DNA from: an uncultured Actinomycetota bacterium
GTDB taxonomy: Bacteria > Actinomycetota > Actinomycetes > JAFAQI01
Assembly (NCBI GenBank): GCA_963770565.1
Contig: CAVYQE010000008.1
Span: forward strand, 128,001 to 192,000
DNA: 64,000 bases
Direction: 5' to 3'
A program made the translations under genes and the position numbers. Shown here piece after piece: positions 9,851 through 18,187 of the stretch (the first letter of the stretch is position 1; the number at the start of each line of letters is the position of its first letter). The notes below the pieces were generated by a model, which saw only the letters and a list, made by a program, of their open reading frames with translations, did not search any database and was not told where the DNA came from.

Positions 9851-9954
9851 GCGTCTCCGTCCTTGCCGTGGCCGTCGCCACTGACCGGTCGTGGGGTCTC
9901 GCCGATTAGTCCTCCCAGGTTACCAACCCGAACCGGAGATTTCGGGCGGTCCCC

Positions 9955-10998
9955 TTAACCCGGAAGGGCGCTTTGCGCGGGAGCCAAACGGCCCAGATAC
10001 GTGGTGGCACCGGAGACCCCGCTCGCGTACAGCTTCTGCTGGTCGGCCGGGCTCAAATGGAAGTCGGTGGCAGCCAGCCCGAAGCTGTCCACGAAGATCG
10101 TCCGGGCCGCCTTGTCCGGCGGGATGTAGAACCGGCCGGCGTTGTCCATCGCGGTCCGCACGCAGGCGATCGCCTCCTGGAGGGCGTCCTTCGGGTTGTG
10201 CTTCGCGACCGGCGTCGGCGAGCCGGCGGACAGCTTCACCCCGATCGTCGGCCAGCGGCTCGGCAGCCCGTCGCTGCGGTCGAACACCTCGACCGGGAAG
10301 TTGGAGAGCAGCCCGCCGTCGACCCAGGTCACGGTTCCGGCGGAGTAGCTGTCGACTCCGTCGTCGTGGGCGGGCGCCTCGAACCGGATCGGGTCGAAGA
10401 AGAACGGGATCGACATCGACGCGCGGACCGCGTCGACGATGCGGGTCGAGTCCACGGTCACGCCGTACTCGGGGTAGTCCCACGGCAGGCGGACCAGCTT
10501 GTTGCGGGTGATGTCGGCGGTGTGCACCACGAGGGAGTAGCGGCAGGCCTCGTCCAGCGAGCTGCCGGGGTCGTCCATCCGCAAGTCGGCGAAGGTGGTC
10601 ACGCCGATCGAGCCGAGGACACCGCCCAGCCACTCGACGAGGTAGTCGCCGTCATAGATCCCCATATGGAGGACGAGGTGGCCGGCCTCGCCGACCCGGC
10701 CGAGATGGCGCTCGACCCAATCGCCGCGCATGAAGGCCGAATAGTCGATCTGCTGCATGATCGACTGAAGGTCGCTCATCGGTCGCCCGGCCCGCTGGAG
10801 CGCGGCCACCAGGGCCGCGCAGATCGCCCCGGCGCTCGTGCCGGCGACCCTGGGGAAGGTCCACCCCGCATCGGACAGCGTGATGAGGGCACCGACCAGG
10901 CCGATGCCTTTGACGCCACCGCCTTCAAGGACGAGGTCGGCGCGCTTGTCCGGCGCGGGCGAGTCGTGGTCGGTGGACGTGGGCGCGGGTTCGGTCAT
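9955..10998 (-). CDS. Patatin-like phospholipase
   Basis: GGGVKG oxyanion motif, GTSAG nucleophile, ASMSIPFFF and DGGLLSNFP. Confidence 0.92.
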   Translation of the reverse strand: MTEPAPTSTDHDSPAPDKRADLVLEGGGVKGIGLVGALITLSDAGWTFPRVAGTSAGAICAALVAALQRAGRPMSDLQSIMQQIDYSAFMRGDWVERHLGRVGEAGHLVLHMGIYDGDYLVEWLGGVLGSIGVTTFADLRMDDPGSSLDEACRYSLVVHTADITRNKLVRLPWDYPEYGVTVDSTRIVDAVRASMSIPFFFDPIRFEAPAHDDGVDSYSAGTVTWVDGGLLSNFPVEVFDRSDGLPSRWPTIGVKLSAGSPTPVAKHNPKDALQEAIACVRTAMDNAGRFYIPPDKAARTIFVDSFGLAATDFHLSPADQQKLYASGVSGATTYLGRLAPAQSALPG

Positions 10999-11073
10999 GG
11001 TCGCCTCCGGCGTCGTCGATCTCCCGACCGTAGCGCCCGGATCAAGCCTGCGGCATGCGCCGTTCGCGTGGGA

Positions 11074-11286
11074 TCAGGCGGCGCCGCGCATTGGTACGTC
11101 GAGCAGGCCGAGGGCGTCGAGCAGCTCGCGTGCCTCGTCGGCGGTGGCGGCCCGGTGGCAGACCGCGAGGGCCGCGCGGCGGCGGTCCGCGGGGGAGATC
11201 TGGGTCACAGTGAAGTCTGCGAGCAGCGACTCGCGCCGGGTTTCGGCCGGCTTCTCGCGGCGAGGGGTGCGTGTCGTCGTTGTCAT
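11074..11286 (-). CDS. Small hypothetical protein (70 aa)
   Basis: MTTTTRTPRR...RRRAALAVCHRAATADEARELLDALGL, a pattern seen in small actinobacterial proteins. Codon usage is plausible. Confidence 0.55.
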   Translation of the reverse strand: MTTTTRTPRREKPAETRRESLLADFTVTQISPADRRRAALAVCHRAATADEARELLDALGLLDVPMRGAA

Positions 11287-11330
11287 GTCAGTACATTCGC
11301 GCGCCGACCTGAGCCGGACCTGAAGACCGG

Positions 11331-11346
11331 TGTGACGTGCATCACC
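11331..11346. promoter_or_regulatory. Candidate CRP/GlxR-type binding site
   Basis: TGTGA-CGTGCA-TCACC versus the consensus TGTGA-N6-TCACA, in a divergent intergenic region. Confidence 0.5.
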
Positions 11347-11469
11347 TGTCACTTCTCATCACAGCCGTCACGACTTTGGGGGCCCCGCGGCGTGCCGTCA
11401 GATCCACCCTCGCCTGCGGTGTCGCCGTCCCCTACGATCCCCTCACCACGACCTAGGGGCGGCCATCAC

Positions 11470-12891
11470 ATGACCACGACGCACGACGACGAGGCGATCA
11501 GCGCGACCACCGAAATCCGTGAAGGGGAGTACGGCGACAAGATCGCAGTCGTCGAGCCCGGGGGGGCCGAGTTCATCCCGCTCAACGAGCGGCACGGCAA
11601 GCCCACGCAGCTGTTCTGGACCTGGATGTCGCCGAACTTCGAGTTTGCGACCGTCTTCGTCGGGGTGATCTGCGTCCTGTTCTTCGGGCTCAGCTTCGCC
11701 CAGGCGGTGGCCGCGATCGTCCTCGGCACGGTGCTCGGCTCGGTGACCCAGGCGGCCTTGTCGGCGCGCGGTCCGGAGTACGGCGTACCGCAGATGATCC
11801 TGTCCCGGATCTCGTTCGGCTACTGGGGCAATGCGCTACCGGCCGGCATCAACGCCGTGATCGCCGGGGTCGGGTGGTTCGCGGTCAACAGCGTGTCCGG
11901 CGCCCTCGCGCTCAACACCTTGCTGCACTTCAACAAGTACGGCTGCCTGGTCATCATCGTGGCGATCCAGATCGCGATCGCGCTCTACGGCCACAACCTG
12001 GTCCACGTCTTCGAGAAGGTGGCCTTCCCGCTGCTCGCGGTGGCGTTCCTGCTCGGGGCGATCTACACCTTCTCCAAGGGGCACTACGGCGGCCACGGCA
12101 CCGGCGGGTTCGGCGGGTTCACGGTGGCCCTCGCTGCGACCTTCGGTTATGCCTGCGGCTGGAACCCGTATGCCGCGGACTACACCCGCTATATGGACCC
12201 GCACACCCCCAAGCGGGCCACCGCCCTCTGGAGCGGCCTCGGCGTCGCGCTGTCCTGCATCTTCCTCGAGGTCGTCGGGGCGGTCTCAGCGACGATCGCG
12301 ACCAACCCGAACCTGACCCCGACCGCGGCCTTCACCTCGCCGTACCCGACCTTCGTCCGCGACCTGGTCCTGCTCGCGATCGCAGTCGGCGCCATCGCCG
12401 CGAACGTGCTCAACATCTACTCCGGCGCGATGTCGTTCACCACGCTCGGGATCAAGATCCCGCTGAAGTTCCGGCGGGCGCTGGTCGCGGGTGTCTTCGG
12501 TGCGGCCGGCTTCGTCGTGGCGGCGATCGGGTTGAACGACATCGACAAGTACGAGAATTTCCTGCTGATCATCGCCTACTGGATCGGCCCGTGGCTTGCG
12601 GTGTTCTTCGTCGACCAGCTGATCAACAAAGGCAACCACGCCGACAAGCTGTACGACCGCGCCCACAAGAACCTGGCCGGTCCGATCGCGATGTTCGTCG
12701 GGATGGTCGTGTCGATCGGACTGTTCGCCGATCAGCCACCACGGTTCACGGCGTACTTCCCGAAGCATCACCCGAAGATCGGCGACCTGACCTTCGAGGT
12801 CGGCTTCGTCCTGTCCGCGCTGGTCTACCTGGTCCTGGTCTACGCCGGGCTCGGGCAGCGCAACCGCAAGACCGTCGTCCTGCCCAGCTGA
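11470..12891 (+). CDS. Purine-cytosine permease (NCS1 family)
   Basis: Start ATG 11470 (the track ORF is over-extended). IP.NERHG, about 12 TMs, W.PYAADYTRY and N.LNIYS motifs. Adjacent to a deaminase and upp. Confidence 0.9.
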   Translation: MTTTHDDEAISATTEIREGEYGDKIAVVEPGGAEFIPLNERHGKPTQLFWTWMSPNFEFATVFVGVICVLFFGLSFAQAVAAIVLGTVLGSVTQAALSARGPEYGVPQMILSRISFGYWGNALPAGINAVIAGVGWFAVNSVSGALALNTLLHFNKYGCLVIIVAIQIAIALYGHNLVHVFEKVAFPLLAVAFLLGAIYTFSKGHYGGHGTGGFGGFTVALAATFGYACGWNPYAADYTRYMDPHTPKRATALWSGLGVALSCIFLEVVGAVSATIATNPNLTPTAAFTSPYPTFVRDLVLLAIAVGAIAANVLNIYSGAMSFTTLGIKIPLKFRRALVAGVFGAAGFVVAAIGLNDIDKYENFLLIIAYWIGPWLAVFFVDQLINKGNHADKLYDRAHKNLAGPIAMFVGMVVSIGLFADQPPRFTAYFPKHHPKIGDLTFEVGFVLSALVYLVLVYAGLGQRNRKTVVLPS

Positions 12892-12892
12892 G

Positions 12893-13357
12893 ATGGCGGC
12901 CCTGTCCGACGATGACCGGCGCTGGCTCGACGTTGCAATCGCCGAGGCCCGCGCCGGTCGGGACGAGGGCGGCATCCCGATCGGGGCCGCGGTCGTCGCC
13001 GACGGCGTCCTGCTCGCGGGCGGGCACAACCGGCGGGTGCAGCACGGCAGTGCAATCCACCACGGCGAGACGAACGCCCTTGAAAACGCCGGTCGGCAGC
13101 CGGCCAGCGTCTATCGCCGGGCCACCATGTACACCACGCTGTCTCCGTGCGACATGTGCACCGGCGCGATGCTGCTCTACGGCATCCCGCGGGTGGTCGT
13201 CGGGGAGAACGTCACTTTCATGGGCGCCGAGGACCTGCTCCGCAGCCGTGGGGTGGAGGTGGTCGTGGTCGACGACGAGGAGTGCAAGACTCTGATGCGG
13301 GAGTTCATTGCGGCCAGCCCGCAGTTGTGGAACGAAGACATCGGCGAGGAGGGGTGA
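12893..13357 (+). CDS. Cytosine deaminase (zinc nucleoside-deaminase fold, FCY1-like)
   Basis: GGIPIG, HGE, SPCDMC and WNEDIGE motifs. Confidence 0.9.
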   Translation: MAALSDDDRRWLDVAIAEARAGRDEGGIPIGAAVVADGVLLAGGHNRRVQHGSAIHHGETNALENAGRQPASVYRRATMYTTLSPCDMCTGAMLLYGIPRVVVGENVTFMGAEDLLRSRGVEVVVVDDEECKTLMREFIAASPQLWNEDIGEEG

Positions 13358-13361
13358 GCGC

Positions 13362-14003
13362 GTGCGGGTAACCGTGGTCGATCACCCGGTGGTGGCCGCG
13401 AAGCTGACAGCGCTTCGCGACGTGACCACCGACACCCCGACCTTCCGCCGGCTCGTCGACGACCTGGTCACGCTGCTCGCGTATGAAGCGACCACCGGGG
13501 TCCTGGTGGAGAAGGTCGAGATCACGACCCCGATCGCCCCGACCATCGGGGTCCGGCTGACCTCGCCGCCACCGCTCGTTGTACCCGTCTTGCGGGCCGG
13601 GGTCGGCATGCTCGACGGGCTGACCCGGCTGCTGCCGGACGCCGAGGTCGGCTTCGCGGGTTTGATGCGCGACGAGACGACCGCCCAGCCATCGTGGTAC
13701 GCCGAGCGGCTGCCCGAGAGTGCGGCCGGGCGCTCGGTCTTCGTGCTCGACCCGATGCTCGCGACCGGCGGCACGCTGGTCGCGGTGGTCGAGGAGCTGC
13801 TCGCCCGCGGCGCCGAGGCGGTCACCTGCGTCTGCCTGCTGGCAGCGCCCGAGGGCATCGCGCGGGTCGAGGCGGCGTTCCCGGACGACCGGGTGTCACT
13901 CGTGGTGGCGGCGGTCGACGACCGGCTCGACGAGCGGGCCTACATCGTGCCCGGGCTCGGCGACGCCGGCGACCGGCTGTTCGGCAGCGCCGCCGCCCAC
14001 TAG
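13362..14003 (+). CDS. upp: Uracil phosphoribosyltransferase
   Basis: VVDHP...[22 protein letters not shown] (PRPP motif) and [15 protein letters not shown]. Confidence 0.95.
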   Translation: MRVTVVDHPVVAAKLTALRDVTTDTPTFRRLVDDLVTLLAYEATTGVLVEKVEITTPIAPTIGVRLTSPPPLVVPVLRAGVGMLDGLTRLLPDAEVGFAGLMRDETTAQPSWYAERLPESAAGRSVFVLDPMLATGGTLVAVVEELLARGAEAVTCVCLLAAPEGIARVEAAFPDDRVSLVVAAVDDRLDERAYIVPGLGDAGDRLFGSAAAH

Positions 14004-14004
14004 C

Positions 14005-14056
14005 CGGTTTGTGATCCGTTCGCGGTGCTGGGGCGCCGCTGACAGCGCACAAACCG
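14005..14056. terminator. Hairpin after upp, probable terminator
   Basis: CGGTTTGTG...CACAAACCG inverted repeat enclosing an inner GCGGTGC/GCGCCGC stem. Confidence 0.45.
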
Positions 14057-14088
14057 CTGAAGGTCTTAGTCGTCCCGGTCGAGTCCCG

Positions 14089-14157
14089 CTGATCTTCGCC
14101 GTCGATACCACTTTTTCGCCCGACACGCCTACATCTGGTCATGCAGCCGAAGATCAG
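14089..14157. repeat. Short element with terminal inverted repeats
   Basis: CTGATCTTCG ... CGAAGATCAG (10-bp perfect IR) about 70 bp apart. Confidence 0.45.
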
Positions 14158-14166
14158 GAAGCTCGA

Positions 14167-14484
14167 TCAGCGTGAGCGGACCGCGCTTGCATCGACGATG
14201 CCCGGTGAGCTGCGAAGGCACGCTGCCACTCTTTGTGCTCGCGCGGCGTTGCCTCGGACCTCAATGTCGATCTGCGCCGGAGAACTGTCCAGAACATCGG
14301 TAGTGCTGACGAGCGGCGCGCAATCCATCGCTCGTGACTCTTGAGCGCTCGTCGTCTGCAGGGTCTCTTGGCCATAGATGTGCCAGTCCGCGCCCCAGAA
14401 CCACGGACCTATGGTCAGGGCCAACACACCCAGTGTGAGAGCTGCGACCACCGACAGAGACGCCGCGACCAGCTTCCATCCCAC
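14167..14484 (-). CDS. Hypothetical membrane-anchored protein
   Basis: N-terminal hydrophobic helix and a small Cys-containing domain. Codon usage is atypical and the start is uncertain. Confidence 0.45.
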   Translation of the reverse strand: MGWKLVAASLSVVAALTLGVLALTIGPWFWGADWHIYGQETLQTTSAQESRAMDCAPLVSTTDVLDSSPAQIDIEVRGNAARAQRVAACLRSSPGIVDASAVRSR

Positions 14485-14569
14485 TCCGGAACCGTAACGC
14501 CGTGAGGCAGCGCGGCGGAGGCTTGATACCCGCCTACAGCAACTCTTGGCGCGAGCCGATCCTCCTTCT

Positions 14570-15046
14570 GTGAGGGCGGGCACCGGCAGCACGACGGCAC
14601 GGACTGCTCGAGCGGCGCACCTTGTGGCTTGCGGTCTCGTGATTGCTCTCGCCACGGGTTGTTCCTCGTCGCTCTCTTTCGAGCAACTTGCCCACAACGC
14701 TCAGCTGGTGCCGGTGCCTCGAGGGCTGTCCCTGGCGAAGGTGACCCGGTCAACCGAGGACGGGCCCGGATTCACGACCAGCACTTCTCAGGAGGTGACC
14801 AGGACCTACGTCAACGCGCTGCCGTGTGAGGAGCTCCAGGCCCAGTGGCTCACGGTCCTGCGAGATGCACACCGATCCTTCCGCCTTGATCCCGAGCCTC
14901 ACCTCTACGGCAGTACGGGGCAGGTCGAGATCATCATCGATGACCGTGCCGAGCATCTCGGAATAACGATCGGGGACATCGCAGGCTCGGGCAGCTATCT
15001 CCGTTGCTCGTCACCATTCATCTGGTCATTCAACGATCCGCACTGA
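14570..15046 (+). CDS. Hypothetical lipoprotein
   Basis: Hydrophobic stretch ending in an ATGC lipobox, followed by a globular-looking domain. Codon usage is atypical; the start could be 14546, 14570 or 14624. Confidence 0.55.
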   Translation: MRAGTGSTTARTARAAHLVACGLVIALATGCSSSLSFEQLAHNAQLVPVPRGLSLAKVTRSTEDGPGFTTSTSQEVTRTYVNALPCEELQAQWLTVLRDAHRSFRLDPEPHLYGSTGQVEIIIDDRAEHLGITIGDIAGSGSYLRCSSPFIWSFNDPH

Positions 15047-15217
15047 CCTAGAGGGCACTCCCCGGGACAGCGCGTGCTGCGCACGACCGAAGAAGGGTGC
15101 TAGGCGTCGTTCCTCAGTCGATCACGCAGTTGCAGTCCCTGCTTCTCGGTTTCCTTGCGGTGGCGCGTGTAGTGAGCTGGCTCCTCCCATGCCGGACGCT
15201 TTCGCCGACACGGCTCA

Positions 15218-15363
15218 CCGATGGCCCATGCGTGTTGCTATAGCCCCATCGATGGGCCATGCGTGTGGCTATAGCCCCACCGATGGGCCATGCGTGTGGC
15301 TATAGCCCCACCGATGGGCCATGCGTGTGGCTATAGCCCCACCGATGGGCCATGCGTGTTGCT
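15218..15363. repeat. 31-bp tandem repeat, about 4.7 copies
   Basis: Unit CCGATGGGCCATGCGTGTGGCTATAGCCCCA at 15218, 15249, 15280 and 15311, partial at 15342. No spacers. Confidence 0.97.
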
Positions 15364-15377
15364 GACACGATGGCTGC

Positions 15378-16577
15378 GTGCGCTACCCGATCTTCCTCGA
15401 CCTCACCGGGCGACGCGTGCTCGTCGTCGGTGGCGGTGCGGTCGCGGTACGCCGGGTCGCCGACCTGCTTGACGCCGGCGCTGAAGTGACCGTGGTCGCA
15501 CCGGTGGTCGATGCTCGGCTCGCGAACACCGGCGTACGGATCGAGACCCGGCCATATGAGTCGGCCGACATCGACGGCGCGCGACTGGTGCTCGCCTGCA
15601 CGGACGACAGCGAGGTCAACGCGGCGGTCGCAGCGGACGCCGAGGCCGCCGGGATCTGGTGCGTACGCGCCGATGACGCGCGCCGGTCGGCGGCGTGGCG
15701 ACCGGCGGTGACCCAGGTCGACGACGTCACGGTCGCCGTCAGCGCGAACGCCGACCCGGCCCGGGCGGTCGAGGTTCGCAACGCGGTGGCCGCCGGCCTG
15801 CGGACCGGCGAGATCTCGGCGCGGCGCGGTCGCGCGCCCGGGCGCCGAAGCAGCGGCGGGCGGGTGATCCTCGTCGGTGGCGGTCCGGGTGAGCCCGACC
15901 TGCTGACCCTTCGCGGCTTCCGGATGCTGCTCGACGCCGATGTCGTGGTCACCGACCGGCTGGCGCCGACCGGTTTGCTTGACCTGCTGCCGGCCGATGT
16001 CGAGATCGTCGACGTCGGCAAGGCGCCCGGCGACGCGCCGGTCGAGCAGTCGCAGATCAACGCGCTGATCGTCGACCGTGCCCGGCAGGGCCAGATCGTG
16101 GTCCGGCTCAAGGGCGGCGACCCGTTCGTCCTGGGCCGGGGAAGCGAGGAGGTCGACGCCTGTCTGGCGGCCGGAGTGCCGGTGGACGTCGTACCCGGGC
16201 TCACAAGTGCGGTTGCCGCTGCGACCCTGGCCGGGGTGCCGCTGACCGAGCGCGGCACGACCCAGCACTTCACCGTGGTCAGCGGCCACGTGCCGCCCGG
16301 CGACGAGCGCTCGACCGTCGACTGGGGCCTGCTCGCCGCGAGTGGCGCGACCCTCGTTCTTCTGATGGCGGTCGCCAACCTGGCCGACATCGCGGCCGCG
16401 CTGATCGCCGGCAGCCGGACGCCGACGACAGCGGTCGCGATCGTGGAGAACGCATCGCTCCCGCAGCAGCGGGTGATCACCACCACGCTCGCCGAGCTCG
16501 GCGCGACCGTCGACGCGGAGCAGGTGAGGCCGCCGGCGGTTGTCGTCATCGGCGACGTGGTCAGACGCGGCGGCTGA
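15378..16577 (+). CDS. cysG: Siroheme synthase (precorrin-2 dehydrogenase/ferrochelatase + uroporphyrinogen-III C-methyltransferase)
   Basis: YPIFLDL.GRRVLVVGGG.VA N-terminal domain. The methylase domain has LVGGGPG.PDLLTLRG and VVRLKGGDPFVLGRG.EE. Confidence 0.9.
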   Translation: MRYPIFLDLTGRRVLVVGGGAVAVRRVADLLDAGAEVTVVAPVVDARLANTGVRIETRPYESADIDGARLVLACTDDSEVNAAVAADAEAAGIWCVRADDARRSAAWRPAVTQVDDVTVAVSANADPARAVEVRNAVAAGLRTGEISARRGRAPGRRSSGGRVILVGGGPGEPDLLTLRGFRMLLDADVVVTDRLAPTGLLDLLPADVEIVDVGKAPGDAPVEQSQINALIVDRARQGQIVVRLKGGDPFVLGRGSEEVDACLAAGVPVDVVPGLTSAVAAATLAGVPLTERGTTQHFTVVSGHVPPGDERSTVDWGLLAASGATLVLLMAVANLADIAAALIAGSRTPTTAVAIVENASLPQQRVITTTLAELGATVDAEQVRPPAVVVIGDVVRRGG

Positions 16578-16579
16578 CC

Positions 16580-17371
16580 TCAGCCCGGCGGATGCAGCCG
16601 CCGGATGACAGCGGTGACTGCGCGGCGAGGCGCGAACCGGATCGACTGCGCACCGACCTTGTTGAGTGCGCCGGGGATCACGATTCGCTTCCCGCGCACC
16701 ATCCCGTCGTACGCCGCCTCGGCGACGAAACTCGCCGACTTCATTCCCGGCGACTTCAGCATCGGCTGGTCCGCGCCGAGTCCGGCCGCTTGCTGGAATC
16801 CGGAGAGTACGACGCCGGGGCACAGCGCGGTCGCGGTGACGCCGGTGCCGGCCAGTTCTTCGGCGATCGCCTCGGTGAACGACAGGACGTAGGCCTTGCT
16901 CGCGTAGTAGACCGCCATGAACGGGCCGGGCTGGAACGCCGCCGTCGACGCCACGTTGAGGACGTGGCCTCGACCTCGGGTGGTCATCGCCGGCAGGAAC
17001 AGCTTGGTGAGCGCGGTCAGAGCGACGACGTTCACCGCGAGCATCCGCAGCTCCTCGTCCGCGCTCGTCTCGCTGAACCGGCCGTGCCCGCCGAAACCGG
17101 CGTTGTTGACGAGCACATCGACCGACAGCCCCGCGGCGCTCACCTCGTCGTACACGTGCTGTGGGCCCTCGGGGTCGGACAGGTCGGCGGTGATGACGGT
17201 CGACGTCGCGCCGTAGCGCTTGGACAGCTCGTCGCCGAGGGCCCGCAGCTCGGGCTCGCGGCGGGCGACGAGCACCAGGTCGTGTCCCTCCCGGGCGAGC
17301 ACCCGAGCCAGTTCCTGGCCGATGCCGCTGGACGCGCCGGTCACCAGGGCGACGGGTCGTGGGGTGGTCAT
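16580..17371 (-). CDS. Short-chain dehydrogenase/reductase
   Basis: TGASSGIG, NNAG and YYASK motifs; start ATG 17371. Confidence 0.92.
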   Translation of the reverse strand: MTTPRPVALVTGASSGIGQELARVLAREGHDLVLVARREPELRALGDELSKRYGATSTVITADLSDPEGPQHVYDEVSAAGLSVDVLVNNAGFGGHGRFSETSADEELRMLAVNVVALTALTKLFLPAMTTRGRGHVLNVASTAAFQPGPFMAVYYASKAYVLSFTEAIAEELAGTGVTATALCPGVVLSGFQQAAGLGADQPMLKSPGMKSASFVAEAAYDGMVRGKRIVIPGALNKVGAQSIRFAPRRAVTAVIRRLHPPG

Positions 17372-17631
17372 CGACAGGCTCCGCTCTTCGGGCGAGAGAT
17401 CGGACGACATCGGGGCGGTGCCGAGCGACCACGGGGGCAGTCGCCCGGCACCGCGTCCGGGGGCGTCGGGCGTCGGATCCCCCCGCCGATCACGGATCCG
17501 CTCAGCGCGAGGCAAGTTTCCCAGGTCGGCCACCCGGCGTCCAGCGCTGACCGGTTGGTCCTGGACCGATGTGGACCGATCGGGGCACTAGTGTCCGAAC
17601 CGGCAACAGTCGCGCGCGAAGGGGCGGTCAC

Positions 17632-17838
17632 ATGGCGGATCAGACGTACGGCATCAGCGAGGTCGTGGGCACCAGCCCGGACAGCGTCCACCAGGCGATC
17701 CGCAACGGTGTCGCGAAGGCCGCGCAGACCGTGCGCAACCTCGACTGGTTCGAGGTGACCTCGATCCGCGGCCAGCTCGACAACGGCGAGGTCGCGCACT
17801 TCCAGGTCCAGATGAAGGTGGGCTTCCGGATCGAGTAG
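17632..17838 (+). CDS. Dodecin (flavin-binding)
   Basis: MADQTY...EVVGTS...A.QTVRNLDWFEV..IRG...FQV.MKVGFRIE. Confidence 0.95.
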   Translation: MADQTYGISEVVGTSPDSVHQAIRNGVAKAAQTVRNLDWFEVTSIRGQLDNGEVAHFQVQMKVGFRIE

Positions 17839-17895
17839 CGCCAGTCACAAGGCGGTTCCGCGGAAACGTGTTCTCGATGCGCGGCGTGACTCGGT

Positions 17896-18144
17896 TCAGG
17901 CCGGTGAGCCCGATTCCGGTGCGGGATCCGTCGCCTCTCCGAAGCCGGCAAGCACGGCCAACAGGTCGGGCGGCACTGACATGCCGTTGACCTCGAGGTC
18001 CAGCACGTAGGCAGCGAGCGCCTCTCGATACTCCTCCTGTGCTTCGAGCACCGCGGGGGAGTCGGCGTCCTCCCGGCTGCGCAGGTCGTCGTACGCGAGC
18101 TTTGCGTTGGCGTACTGCTCCGAGACTTCGGGATCGAGTGCCAC
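17896..18144 (-). CDS. Small acidic hypothetical protein (82 aa)
   Basis: TACCTT + 7 nt + GTG (leaderless start), helical acidic sequence. Confidence 0.65.
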   Translation of the reverse strand: MALDPEVSEQYANAKLAYDDLRSREDADSPAVLEAQEEYREALAAYVLDLEVNGMSVPPDLLAVLAGFGEATDPAPESGSPA

Positions 18145-18187
18145 GTCCGCGAAGGTATCCCGCGCCGCAGCGGCCGGCCAACCCGGG

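Noticed and set aside
9955-10998. Patatin as an anti-phage (CBASS-type) effector
   Set aside because: There is no adjacent nucleotidyltransferase or other defence gene; it looks like a stand-alone patatin.
9973-11469. 972-aa N-terminally extended permease
   Set aside because: The extension is the antisense shadow of the patatin gene; permease-like sequence starts at ATG 11470.
15218-15363. CRISPR array
   Set aside because: The units are contiguous with no unique spacers, and there are no cas genes in the window.
15300-17432. Long Arg/Pro/Gly-rich alternative-frame ORFs (this one and many others in the track)
   Set aside because: They are shadow ORFs expected in high-GC DNA; they overlap well-supported genes and have no recognisable motifs.
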